Assembly: GCF_009914755.1 (NCBI RefSeq)
Contig: NC_060936.1
Source of the DNA: the human T2T-CHM13v2.0 reference genome, Homo sapiens
DNA length: 64,000 nt
Reading direction: 5' to 3' (one strand)
Both the position numbers and the translations under genes were made by a program. Under the pieces are notes generated by a model that saw nothing but the letters and a program-made list of their open reading frames with translations, made no database searches and was not told the origin of the DNA. This document shows positions 13,190 to 27,869 of the stretch, in pieces (position 1 is the stretch's first letter; every line of letters starts with the position of its first letter).

Positions 13190-14499
13190 TGTATTGTACT
13201 ATATTGTGTGTGTGGCTTGTTCAGAGATTTTGAGAAACCATTTGTGGTTTCAGGACTCACAGCCATTGAAGGCAGCTTTCCATTACTGTATTTTGTAAAA
13301 AGACTTCACTGTTCTCTCTGGATTTTCTATTCTCTCTTGTCAACAATCCATTTTTATTAGTTATTAAATAAACCAACCCTTAATTTCCTTCACAGTAAAT
13401 ACAGTATTACCTGTGCTGATCTCTGAAAAGGCCTTTCTTAATACCAATTAACTTTTGAAATACTCACAGTTCCTAATATTTTATCATCTCTGGAAAAATA
13501 AAAAGGAAGAGAGTGCATAGTCAAATGCACACATTCTCCTTTTCTCAATTGGAAGTAATTTTCTCCCTCCAGCCTCTCTCTGTTCCTTAGCCCTCTGTGC
13601 TATTTTCACTTTGTATCAATTACTTACATTTACTCTTTAAACATCTTCCGTAATTTGCTCCAACTCCCCTGCAGCTTTCGATAGTAATTCTTTTTAAATT
13701 CCCCTTTTCACAGTACACACACTTTGAAGAACTTTAAAAGAAAATACCAGTATTTAAAATTGAGACTTAAGATGATCATGTTCTTGTAGGCAGATGTAAA
13801 TATTGTAGTTATACTCTCTTGAGTATTTTTTAGTAGTGTTAGAACTTTCAGCAGTGGTTAGAACTGGTTTGTGCTGCAAACGGTTTTAGTGACGGTATCC
13901 TGAATGCCTGTACTCTGTACTCATTATATATAAAAGGTAGCATAACACAATGATCCAATTCATAATATGCCTTCCCCTAATTTTTACATCACACGTTTCA
14001 ATTCTGAGACAGAATTTGGCTGAAGTATTTAAGATTTTCTTATGGTTTTGAGTTGTTTAAATGTTGATACATATATTTCCAAATATGACCTCATTGGAGA
14101 GTCAGTGTATTTGGCTGACAATTAAATAAAGTTTATAAGCTTACAAAAAGGGATGCATACTACAGCCAAGTTGAAAAAGTAACACTTGGGCACAAAGCTA
14201 CTTGGCTTACTTTCATTGGGTTGTCTTTTGTGATATTAGGCAAATAATTTCATTTTTTAAAATTTCTGCTGTTGGGCAAATGAGCCTGTTGTTGAGGCTT
14301 ACTCATATGAATGTTTAAATTTTTCTCCTCTGACATCAGTCATTCATCAAAACCACCTGGGTATCCAAAACCTATATTTATGGTTTCACTGTATTATGGT
14401 TTTGCATTATTCATCTGCTAAATATCTTTTGAGTACCATTGTTCATCATTGCATCTCAGTGCCTAGAATAGGAAGAAGAGCTAACAAGAATAGTTCCTA

Positions 14500-15050
14500 A
14501 TAATTAGGATCACTAATTATGTGCCAGGCACTGCTCCCTATAGCCCTCTGATGCAGGTACTATTGTTATCCCCATTTTACAGATGGGGAAGCTAAACCAT
14601 AGACAGAGTGTCTTAGCTAGGACTGCTATAACAAAATATCATACACTGGGTGGCTTAAACAACAAACATTTATTTCTCACAGGTCTGAAAGCAGGGAACT
14701 CCAAGATCAAGGTGCTGGCAAATTCGGTTCTGGCGAGCGCCCTCCTCCTGGCTTTCAGACAGCTGCCTTCTTGCTGTGTTTTCACATGATGGAAATAGAG
14801 GGAGTGTGGTCTCTTGCTCATCTTATAAGGACATTAATCCCATCATTGGGTTCCCACCCTCATGACCTCATCTAAACAGAATTACCTCCCAAAAGTCCCA
14901 CTTCCTAATACCATCACAGTGGGGACAGGGCTTTAACATATGAATTTTGGAGGGATACATACATTCAGTCCATAACACAGAGGAAGTAACTCATCCAAGG
15001 CCTCATAGCTAAAAGGTGGTAGAGTTGGAATTGAACCAAGGATTCACACT
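14500..15050 (-). mobile_element. MIR SINE split by an MLT1A LTR
   Basis: ATGTGCCAGGCACTG...CCCATTTTACAGATGGGGAAGCT...CAGAGGAAGTAACTCATCCAAGGCCTCATAGCT...GGAATTGAACCAAGG. Confidence 0.75.
14609..14977 (-). mobile_element. MLT1A-like solo MaLR LTR
   Basis: TG...CA termini, perfect 5-bp TSD CAGAG (14604-14608 / 14978-14982). Confidence 0.88.
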
Positions 15051-15455
15051 TGAAAGTCTGTTTTTAACCAGAATGAGTGAGTGAGTGAGTAAGGCACTTA
15101 TGTTTCCCAAATTTCTTGAAACAGAGTAAAAATGTTGACGAAAAACATATAGCCCATGGGAAACAAATACTACTTGGAAAGGCATAACAGCTTCTCACCT
15201 GTTGAGGAGTATTCCATCTTCCTGACCTCCTATTTAAACAAACAAACAAAAAAACCACACCCAGCATCACTCTGTTACTCTGTTATACTGATGTTGAAGG
15301 ACTTTTGCATACACTTCTGGAAACTGGGACAACTGAGCACTACTGACCTGCCTCAGGGATGTTGTGAGGGGTAATGAAAGTTTGTGGAATGTTTAAGACA
15401 TGAGTGAAAGACTTTGAAGTAATGCAAATTCTTATAAAATACAAAAGTTATTGCT

Positions 15456-15875
<420 letters not shown>

Positions 15876-16794
15876 CTAAGAATATAGCATTGACCTCTAT
15901 GTAAAATTTATAGGTTCTCACACAGAGTGCTGAGGCTTTTGATCAGCATCTTTGAAAGTATTGCTTGTATACATTTCAAGTAAAAGATCATTCTAATTAT
16001 TTCATAGTCATACTTTACATGAAAGAGCTTTGTAAATAATTGGAAAATCTTTAACAAGCTTTGATTAATAATGCTGGCTTTAATTTTAACTTCATATTAT
16101 TGTTTTCCAAATGATTTCCATAATAGAGACCATGGTGGATCTAAGCATGAGATTTTAAGTTCCTGCCTTTCAAAGGTGTGGCTAAAAACAAGGAGGATAG
16201 AAAACACTGTGTGCTGTCATGCCAAGCTCTCTGTGTAGGGACTTTATCTTCACCATTGCATTTCATCCTCAAAACAGCCCTGCAAGGTAAGTATCTGTAT
16301 TTTATAGATGGGAAAAACTAAGATTCAGAAAGTTTACATAACTACAAATCTGGTAAGAACTAGAGCCGAGATCCATTTCCTGCTCTGTCTTTTCTCACAG
16401 TTGTTGCTACAAGGCCACTGAGCTGACTCACCACCCCGGGAGTCAGTGAAGGCTTCCCCGAGGAAGCAGTGTTTGAGCTGAGCCTTGAAACAGAAGTAAG
16501 AAGACTCCAGGTAAATGAGAATAGCAAGTGCATTTCAGGCAAAGGAAAGGAAGTGTGAATGAGCAGGTGTGCCCTGTGAACTAAAGATGGCTGTCCAGGG
16601 CAGAGCATGCATTTTACGAGGCTTGCAGGAGACCCAGTATTACAAGTAGGAGATTCAACAGGACCACCAATACTGGGCATGCAGGTGTCGCCATGCAACT
16701 GTAGAAACGGGAATGTCTGGTCTCCAAATTCTCATTGATCAGAGAAAATAAGAATGGGGTAATGAAATAATTTTTTCCTGAGGTGTATTCTTAA

Positions 16795-17199
<405 letters not shown>

Positions 17200-18561
17200 G
17201 CTGCCAGGCTTTTTGCCTTCTCCAGGCCGGCATATATTTGGTGCGCATTTAAATCTCCCTTAAACAAAGTGTAGAAAAAAAAGTGCTTTAACAAATTTGA
17301 ATCAATATATCTTTCACCTGTGCAAGATCTATGAGAATAGAGACTGAAAGTTTTTTCATTATATTAATAAATCACTAGTGCTTAGCGTGAAATAGTTTCT
17401 TAATTCTTTTCAACAGATAAACAAATATGTAGATTTTGAAAACATCTTTTAAATTCCTATTAAATATCTCGTTTTAAAAATACATCTGAAATAAATCTTT
17501 CCCTACACATATTAAAAAACCTTTTTCTTTTGGGGTTTACAAGTAGTCTCTCCAAGGAACTGGGGCAAAGAAAATTCCAAGGAAGCTACACGTATTAGAA
17601 AAATCTTTGTGTTAGTTGAGAACTGTACCATGTAACTTTGTAAGACAATATTTTATTTAATTTTCTTAAACGTTGTTATAAAGGGATGTCACTATAGTGA
17701 TACTGTTTTAGGTGGATATAATACTTACCTTTACCCTCTTTTTATTGATTTTTAAATATTACACACATTTTAATTAGTGGCAATTTTACAATAATGTGAG
17801 GCTCTTAGAAAAGTGTTCATTTTTGCTCATGAGAAATGGGAAATGTGTTGGAGTTTTGGAGTTCCAGTTCAAATAACTGAAGAAAAAAATATATGTATAT
17901 ATGTATATAGTGGCTTCAACTGCATACTTTAATCAGCTTAGGAACAGTTATCCCAAATTTCTTTCTTAACACATAGTATTATTCTTTCCAAAGTGACTAA
18001 AACTAAGAATTTTTGAATAACGTTTATTTCTGTGATAAAGTAATTATGTACAAGTTAGAAGTTATGCTAGGGGGCCTGGAAATTCTCGGACAGAAATTCT
18101 ATTTTCTCATAATTTCATGGCTTTTAAATATGTCGCCATTGCATAGAGTTTTCACAGCAGCTGGTAGAGATGTAATATTAATTTTATTTGCCTAGGGAAG
18201 GGAAGGAAGTAGCTGGCCATTGTGTGTATGTGATGTAGTAGGGAAGACTAGGTTACTCTGAAGTAGTTTCGAGCATTAGTACCTTAGGTATTGCATTGAA
18301 TTATTTAAGAAGGTGGGGAAAGTTCAGAAGAAAATGATTGGAATGATAGTACCAAAATTTCAGTGAGGTATGGTTAGTGGAATTAGAAATATTTATCCTG
18401 GACACCATAGGAGAATATAAAACTAGTTTCAAATATTTGGAGAGCTGACAAGTAGAAGATAAATTAAGGAATTGTTTGTATTGTCCTATGGCCTTGAGAA
18501 GAAGCTATATGGAGTCTTTTGCCTCAAAATGAGAAAAGCACAAAGATGTCCAAAGAGGCAA

Positions 18562-20630
18562 AGAGAATTCTCATTCAAGATGGCAGACACAGCACATATC
18601 TCCTTTCTACTTTAAATCTCATAGAAATGTCAGCAAAGAAGAACTAAGGGTAATAAATTAAAGACTACTCGGTACAGAAGAAAGGGCATCAGGAACTAGG
18701 GATATAGACAAGTTTCTTGAAAGTGGGAATACTTGGAATTGTATTAACAGCTTAAATCACATTCACAGGAGAAGGCTGCAGTAGAGGCTAGAGCTATTTT
18801 TCCTGGCAACAGACCCAGAGAGAAGCTCAACACTTGGAGTATGAAAGGAGAGTTGGAAAGAAATCAACTGTGGAATAACTGCGTGAGTCATAGTCCATGT
18901 TCTCCTTCCCTGCATCACATGCTCAGGCTAAAACCAGAGGACTAATATTTAAAATAATTGAATAGTCTTCGTGAGAAGGAGCCCTAGTTGGGGTGATGCC
19001 TCATCTGAGTAAACTTCTTCCCACTTTTGCTGGGAAGTGGGAGAAGTAGGGAGGGGGACCTCCAACCTCCTCTTCTTTCACTACAAGGTCTAAAGCAAAG
19101 GCTGCCAGTGACAGCCACTTGTGTAGACAAGAGAGAGCTGGACAAGGCCGAGCTATCTGCATTGAATGAGGTGACTTACCTCAGTTGTAGGTATGAATCT
19201 ATAGCCAAGGATTATGAAAACCTGAAGAAAAATGAGGACAAAAGAGCAGGTTGAGAGAAAAAATACCCTGACTCTGGAGGAAATAGATAATTCAGGACAT
19301 AGAAAATTCTTTATTCTATGTAGTATCCTCATGGAAACAAAGTCGAGAGAAAGCATTTTTAGTGCAAAATTAGATTGCTAAGAAAGAACAACTAAAACAA
19401 AATAAATAGTTATTAAAATGAAAAAGTAATTGTTAAAGTTAGAAATTCAAGGGAAGACCTGGGAGAAAAAGTTGAAGAAACTGCTCTAAATGTAGTGCAA
19501 AAAGATAAAGGATGGAAAATGTGGGAGAAAAGTGAAGAGATTAGAGAAGCATCCAAAGGGATGTTCAGAAAGAGACAAAACAAAGAATAAGAGAGAATTT
19601 TCCATAAATGAGGAAATAGGACTTGAGATTGTAAGAACCCTAGAGAATGCAAAATAGGATGAATGAACAAACTTAGCCCAAGGCACATTCTTGTGACATT
19701 TTAGATATTGAGAATAAAGGGAAGAGTCTAAAAGCCAAAAGAATAGATTACTCAGTGAGAATCCAATTGGTATTAGATAGATCATCAGCAACTGTAAATG
19801 CTAAGAAAAACAAAACAAGAAGCATGCCTTCAAAATGTGTAAAATAAAGTTTTTTGAACCTAAAATTCTCTACTTAGCCAAACTATCAATCGATCAAGAG
19901 TGAGGCATTTTCAAGCATGCAAGAACTCAGACCATTTACCACCCACAGACTATTTCTGAAAGAATTACTGAAGCAAAACAAAAAAGAATCCAAGTAGGAG
20001 GAAGCCATGGCCTCTAAGGAACAGTGGATCTCACCCAAGATTGTAATGAAATATAATTCCAGGATGACAACCTTGAGGCAGGCCTAGAAAGCCATCAGTC
20101 TGAATTAGAACCAGAAGTCAGATGCTCTGTGAAGAATCTCTTTCAGGAGGACATGGATTTCTTCTATAAATTGAATGACTGAGAAGCTGAGTGGTCTTGT
20201 GACAAGGCAAAGGCATGGTAGGTCATTGTGATAAGGTATCATCCAAACACTCTCCAAACTGTGAAGTAATTTTCTTCTTCCAATAGCAAAGGTTTATTGA
20301 CAAGAGTTACGTCTCCTCTATAGGCTCAAGGGCACAGCTGTGCTTGGTTCTGCAGTGAACAATGATCTCCCTACGAATATTATGAATGCTACTTTTCAGT
20401 TTTCAGTTTAAAAAATCAATTTATAGACAATGCATCAAAGATTAATTGTAGTTATAGGACAAGTGTGAAAACAATAGTACACTGGAATGGAGGTTAGGAG
20501 AGAGGGAAGGAGCAAAGGAACAAGATGTAATGATGTTGGATTCTTTTCATCAGAAATAAAAAGAATTAAGAGATATTGTGTCTACATTTGAGAAGTCAAA
20601 ATAGGGTTTCAAGTATCTTATATAAATTTG
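18562..20630 (+). mobile_element. HAL1-like (half-L1, ORF1-only) or old L1M 5' region
   Basis: CAAGATGGC 5' motif; decayed ORF1-like A-rich sequence (AGGCACATTCTTGTGACATTTTAG, GAACCTAAAATTCTCTACTTAGCCAAACTATC); HAL1-type GGATGACAACC...GCAGGCCTAGAAAGC; no ORF2. Confidence 0.6.
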
Positions 20631-20654
20631 TTAATTGTAGTGATATCACACTGA

Positions 20655-20870
20655 GGCACTATAACATAGTCGTTAAGAGCATGGATCCTGGAGCCAGAAC
20701 ACCTGCGTTTGAATTTTTGCCACACACTTCAATTTGGGCAAATTGCTTATCTGTGCCTTGGTTTTCTCAGCAAAAATTGAAAATAAATAGTTAATATTTC
20801 ACAAAGTTATTTGAAAATAAAAACAGTTGATATATATAAAGTGCTTAGAACAGTCTTTGGCACATAAAAA
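20655..20870 (+). mobile_element. MIR SINE
   Basis: GTTAAGAGCATGGATCCTGGAGCCAGA...TAAAGTGCTTAGAACAGTCTTTGGCACATA. Confidence 0.75.
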
Positions 20871-20940
20871 ATTATTCTATATCATCATATGTTACCGATG
20901 ATAACGATGATGATGATGATGATGGAAAACAACTAAACAT

Positions 20941-21510
20941 CTGGAGAAAAGGGAACCCTTGTACCCTGCTGGTGGGAAAGTAAATTAGTACATTGATTAT
21001 GGAAAACAGTCTGGAGGTTCCTCAGAAAATTAAAAATAAATCTACATATTACCCAGAAATGGGATTTCTGGGTATATATGCAAAGAAGATGAGATAAGTA
21101 TGCCAAAGAGACATCTGCACTTTCATGTTCACTGCAGCATTATTTACAGTATCCAAGAAATGAAATCAATGTAAGTGTCCATCAGTGGATGAATGGGTAA
21201 AGAAAATGCGGGGAGGGGGATTAGGAAGATGTTGGTCAAAGGATACAAGGTTTCAGTTAGACAGGAGGAATACATTCAGGAGATCTATTGTACAATATTG
21301 TGGCTATAGTTAATAACAATGTTTTATATTCTTGAAAGTTGCTCTAAGAGAATAGGTTTTAAGTGTTGTCACCATAAAAATGTTAAGTATGTGAGCTAAT
21401 GCATATGTTAATTTGCTCAATTTAGCTATTTCACAATATATACATATTTTAAAACAACATATTGACATGATAAATATATACAATTCTTTGTCAGGTACAA
21501 AGTTAAATGA
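20941..21510 (+). mobile_element. L1MA (MA8/9-like) 3' end with internal deletion
   Basis: GGAGAAAAGGGAACCCTTGTAC...; GATACAAGGTTTCAGTTAGACAGGAGGAATACATTCAGGAGATCTATTGTACA. Confidence 0.8.
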
Positions 21511-23096
21511 AAATACAACACAAAACATTGAAAAAGTTAAAAAATAAAAATTTAATGGGCAGAGATCGGAAAAGGGAGGTAGTAGCTTGAGAAAATTTAT
21601 TTTTTCAATTTTTTTAAAATGAGAGATCAACGAATGTTTAAACTTGACAAGTTAGTAAAGAGAGGCATAACCATATTCAGTGTTATGGAAGCAATCTTCA
21701 GAGAAATTTCTATTTTGTCCTATTTTAAGGGTTTTTAAAAATTCATATGCAAGCACTACTTTTATTTAGTTTTTACCAATTTTACTGAGGTGTAATTGAC
21801 ATACAATAAACTGCACATATTTAAAGTGAACAGTTTGATACATTTTGGACTTAGGTACACACCCCTGAAACTATCACAGTAATCAAGATGATGAACATAA
21901 CCACCAACCATCATGCTCTAAAGTTTCTTCATGCACCTTGATAATCTCTTCTTCCTACCTCTTCCCACTCCCCCAATCTCAGGCAACCACCGTTCTGCTT
22001 ATGTGACAATAAATTGGCTTGCATTTCCTAGAATTTTATATCAATGAAATCATATAGTATGTACTCTTACATCTGACTTCTTTCATTCAGCATAATTATT
22101 TTGAGATTATTCACACTATACTGTGTAACAATACATTCATTCTGTGGATAAACCACAATTAACAAATTTACTTGTTGATGGAAATCTGGTTTTTGTTTTG
22201 CTTTTTCCAGTTTTTGGCTATTACAAATAGAACTGCTGTGATCCTTCATGTACAAGTCTTGGTATGGGCTGGGATTTCATTTCTTTGGGATAAATACTTA
22301 GAAGTGGAATGGCTGGATTATATGATAGGCATATGTTTAAATTTTTAAGAAACTGTCAAACTGTTTTCCAAAGTGTTTTACAGTATATGAGAATTCCAGT
22401 TTCTCCACATCCTTATCTTGGCAGTCAACTCTATCAGCCATTCTGACAGCTATGTTGTGGTATCTTATTGCAGTCTTATTTTACATTTCCTTGGTGACTA
22501 TTTATATTGACTATCTTCTCATGTTTTTGTTTGTCATCTGTATATCTTTATGGAAAAGTATCTGTTCAGATATTTTGGTCGTTTAAAAAATTGTTTTTTT
22601 TTCTTTTTATTGAGATTTCAGTTTTCTTTATGTATTTTGGATACAAAGCTTTCATTAAAGATATGATTTACAAATGTTTTCTTCCAATCTGTAGCTTGAC
22701 TTTTTATTCTTTTAACAGTGCCTTCTGAAGAATAGAAATTTTTTATTTTGGTGAGGCTCAATCTTTACCTTTTTTCCTTTCATGGATTGTGCTTGGGTGT
22801 TATGTTTACCAAATATTTGCATAACCTATGATCACAAAGATTTTCTATTGGGTTTAGTGTTAGGTTTTGTATTGAAGTCTGTGATCAGTTTAAAGCTAAT
22901 CCTTGTGTGTGGTTGAAACAAAATTAATTTTTTTTGCATACATGTATTCAATTGTTCCAATGCCATTTGTTGAGTCTCTCCTTTCTTCACCAAATTGCCT
23001 TTGTACTTTTGCCAAACATCAGTTGCTGAAATATGTGTTGGTCTATTTATGGACTCTATTTTGTTCCATTGATATATTTGTTTATCTTGATTCTAA

Positions 23097-23627
<531 letters not shown>

Positions 23628-24766
23628 TAGATCAATTCAGGAGGAACTGACATCTTAACAATATGAAGTCTTCTCACCCATACCAATGTACATCTCTCCC
23701 ATTTATTTAGGCCTTCTTTAATTTTTCTCAGCGGTTTTGTAATTTGTAATGAAAAGATCTTGCCTATATTTGTTAGATTTTTTTCCTAAATATTTCATAA
23801 TTTCATCCTATGGTGTTATTTTTAAAATTTCATTTTCCAATTATTTGTTGACAGAATATAAGAAATAAAATTTATTTTTGCATATTGATGGCATATTCTG
23901 TGAAATTGCTAAGCTCACTTATTAGTCCTGCAAGTTGTTTTTATAGATTTCTTCAGTTTTTTTACATAGACGATCATGTTGTTGGCAAGGAAAGACAGTC
24001 TTACTTCTTATCCAATCTGGATGCTCTTTATTTCTTTTTCTTCTATGACTGCACTGGCCACAATCTCCGATACAGTACTGAATAGAAGTTTGAGAGCAAG
24101 CATCCTTGTCTTGTTCCTGATCTTAGAAGGAAAGCATTCAGTCTTTTGCCATTAGGTATGGTATTAGTTATACTTTTTTGTATATGCCCTTTATCAGGTT
24201 GAGGAAGTTCCCATTTATTTTAGTTTACTATAAATTTTCATCAGGAATGGCTGTTGGATTTTGTCATTTTTTTAAATCCACTGATATAATCATATGGTTT
24301 TTCTTCTTTGATATGTTAATAAATTACATTGATTTTTTATTATACCAATCTTGCATTCTTAGGATGAGCCCCTCTTAGTCATTATGTATTACCCTTTTTA
24401 TGTGTTGTTGGATTTGATTCCTTAAAATATTGTTTTGAACGTTCACATCTATGTTCATGAGATATATTGCTCTGTGGTTTTACTTCTTTTCATGTCTTTG
24501 TTTGGTATTTAGAGTATTTAGCTCACCACATAGAATGAGTGGCGAGTTATTACCTTGTCTTAAAATTTTTGGAAGAGTTTATACAGAATTGATATTATTT
24601 CCTTCTCAAAATGTTTGATATAATTCTCCACTGAACCTGAGTCTGGAGTTTTCTTTGTAGGAAGGTTTCTATCTACAAATCCAATTTCTTTCGCAGATAT
24701 TGGGTTGTTCACATTATCTTTTTCTTTTTAAACGAAATTTGGTGGTTTGTGTCCTTTGAAAAATTA

Positions 24767-25663
24767 AAAGTGCTCAACATCATTGATCATCAGAGAAATG
24801 CAAATCAAAAGTATAATGAGATATCATCTCACTTCAATTAAATTTGCTTATATCCAAAAGACAGGCAATAACAAATGCTGTTGAAGATGTAGAGAAAAGG
24901 GAGCCCTTCTACACTGTTGGTGGGGATGTAAATTAGTACATCCACTATGAAGAACAGTTTGGAGGTTCCCCAAAAAGCTAAAAATAGAGCTACTATATGA
25001 TCCAGCAATCCCACTGCTGGGTATATATCCCAAAGAAAGGAAATCAGTATATCAAAGAGATATCTACACTCCCATGTTTGTTGCAGCCCTGTTCACAATA
25101 GCCAAGATTTTGAAGCAACCTAAGTAACCATCATCAGATGAATGCATAAAGAAAATGTGGTACATATACACAATGGAATACTATTCAGTCATCAAAAAGA
25201 AAGAGATACTGTCATTTGCAACAATGGATGAAACTGGAGATCATTATGTTAAGTGAAATAAGCCAGGCTCAAAAAGATAAACATCACACTTATCTGTGAG
25301 ATGTAAAAATTAAAATGATTGAACTCAAACAGAGAGAGTAGAAGGATGGTTATCAGAGGCTAGGAAGGGTAGTGGGGAGGCTGTGGAGGAGTTGGGGGTG
25401 GTTAATGGGTATAGAAAAATAGAAAGAATGAATAAGACCTACTGTTTGAAAGCAGAACAGTGTGACTGTAGTCAATAACAACTTAATTGTACATTTTAAA
25501 ATAACTAAAAGAGTATAATTCAATTGGTTGTAACTCAAAGGATAAATGCTTAAAGGGATGGATTCCCCATTCTCCATATATGATTATCACACATTGCATG
25601 CCTGTATGACATCTCATGTACCCCATAAATATATACACCTACTATGTACCCCCCAAAGTTTTA
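24767..25663 (+). mobile_element. L1MA (MA1-4-like) 3' end inserted in the older L1
   Basis: GTGCTCAACATCATTGATCATCAGAGAAATGCAAATC...CCCCATAAATATATACACCTACTATGTACCC; flanking AAAAATTA repeats at 24759-24766 and 25664-25671. Confidence 0.88.
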
Positions 25664-26856
25664 AAAAATTATTTCATTTCATCAAAGTTGTCAATAATTT
25701 TGGCATTTGAACTTCCAATAGTGTGAAAATTAAAAAATAATAATTTTGGCATAAAGTTGTTCACAACATACTCATTATCCTATTAATATCTATAGCATCT
25801 GTAGTGATTTCACCTTTTTTATTCCTGATATTGGTAATTTCTGTTTTCCATTTTTGTCCTTATCAGTCTGACTAGACACCTATTATTTTTATTGACCTTC
25901 TCTAATATTCAGCTTTTGGCTTCATTAAGCTTTATTGTTTTTGTGACTTCTATTTCATTGAATTCCAATCTGATCTTTATTATTTCCTTTCTTCTGCTTA
26001 CTTTGCATTTTATTTTTTCTTCTTTTTCTGGCTTCTTAAGGGGAAGCTGAGATCATGGATTTGAGAAATTTCTTCTCCGTTACTGGAGGTATTTAATACT
26101 ATAAATATAATACTAGTACTATAAATTTTAGTACTATACATGTAATACTAGTACTATAAATTTTAGTACTATAAATTTCCCCTGAAGTACTTCTTTAGTG
26201 CCATCCACAAATTTCAATATGTTATTTTTTAAATTTTCAATTAGTTCAGCATACTTTCTAATATGCCTTTTGATTTCTTCTTTTATCAATGGGGGTGTTT
26301 AGAAGTGTATTATTTTGTTGGCAAGTATTTGGGAATTTGCCATAAAACTTTTTATTATTGATTCCCAATTTAATTCCATTATAGTTAGAAGAAATATTCA
26401 GTTGGGCTTGAATTCATTCATACATATTGAGACATGTTTTATGGTCCACAATATAGACTATCATTTTAATGTTCCATGTGCATTTGAAAAAAAAATGTGT
26501 TATACAGCTGTTGTTTGGTGAGGTGTTCTATGCCAATTTGTCATGTTGGTGGGTAGTTTGGTTCAAGTCTTCTATATCTTTACTGATATTGTTCTATTAT
26601 TATTGAGGGGTATTGATATATTTGTCTATAGTTGTAGAGTCATCTATTTCTCTTTGCCGTTAAATGAATTTTTGCTTCCTGTATTTTAAATTGATTTTAT
26701 TAGGTACATAAGCATTTAGGATTGTTACGTACTCTCAATGAATTCACCCCTTATTCATTATGAAACGAACTTCCTTGTTCCCAGTGATATTAATATTGTT
26801 TGCTCTTGCTCTGACATTCATATAGCCACTTCAGCTTCCTTTTGATTAGTCTTAGC

Positions 26857-27263
26857 ATGTTAACATGGCTGTTCAGGCTACCATAACAAAACAGCACAGG
26901 CTGGGTAACTTAAACAACAGACATTTATCTTTCCACAGTTCTGAAGACTGAAGTCCAAGATCAAGGTGCCAGCAGAATTGGTGTCTGGTGAGGTCTCTCT
27001 TCTTGTCTTGCAACTGGCTACCTTCTTGTAGTGTCCTCACACAGCTTTCTCTGTGTGCAAGCAGAGAGCAGGGTGGGGAGAGAGAGAAAGAGAGCAAGTT
27101 CTGGTGTCTCTTCCTTTCCAGTTCTGTTGGATTAGAGTCCCACCCTTATATCCTCATTCGACTTTAATCACTTCCTTAATGCCCTTATCTCAAAATACAG
27201 TCAAATTGGGGGTTAAGATTTCATCATATGAATTTTGGAGAGACACAGTTCAGTCCATAGCAG
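26857..27263 (-). mobile_element. MLT1A-like solo LTR
   Basis: CAGGCTACCATAACAAAACAGCACAGGCTGGGTAACTTAAACAACAGAC...CAGTTCAGTCCATAGCA; left boundary approximate. Confidence 0.82.
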
Positions 27264-27578
27264 CATGGTATATCTTTTCCATCCTTTTACATATAACTCA
27301 TTTTCTTTTAGTATGTGAAGTGTTTTTCTTATAGGAAGAGTAGAGTTGAATTTTGCATTTTTACCCAGTCCTAACAATCTCAGTTGGGGGGTCAAAATAA
27401 TAACATTTAATGTGATTATTGATATGCTAAGGTTTAAATTTATCACCTTGCTATCTGCTTTCTATTTATTCCAAGTGTTATTTGTTCTCCCTTTGTACTT
27501 TTTCTGCCTTCTTTTGGATTATTTTTATTAACTCATTTTATCTTCTCTGTTGGTTTATTAACTACAACTTTGATGGAT

Positions 27579-27616
27579 ACACACACACACGCGCACACAC
27601 ACACACACACACACAC
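27579..27616. repeat. (CA)n microsatellite
   Basis: Directly visible, with a short CG interruption. Confidence 0.95.
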
Positions 27617-27617
27617 G

Positions 27618-27845
27618 TTATTTTGACTCCCCCAGTTGAGATTGTCAGGATTGCATAAAAAAGCAAAATTCAACTCTATTCTTCCTATAAAAGAAAAATA
27701 CTTCCCATACTAAAAAAAAAAAAAAATGGTTAAATGTAAAAGGTTGGAAAAGGTACACCATGCTGCTATGGACTGAATTGTGTCTCTCCAAAATTCATAT
27801 GGCAAAACCTTAACCCCCAATTTGACTGTATTTTGAGATAAAGGG
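27618..27845 (-). repeat. Inverted duplicate of 27182-27400 (MLT1A/L1 junction)
   Basis: TTATTTTGACTCCCCCAGTTGAGATTG...TTTTGAGATAAAGGG is the diverged reverse complement of CCCTTATCTCAAAA...CAGTTGGGGGGTCAAAATAA. Confidence 0.92.
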
Positions 27846-27869
27846 ATACATTAAAATACATTTAATCTC

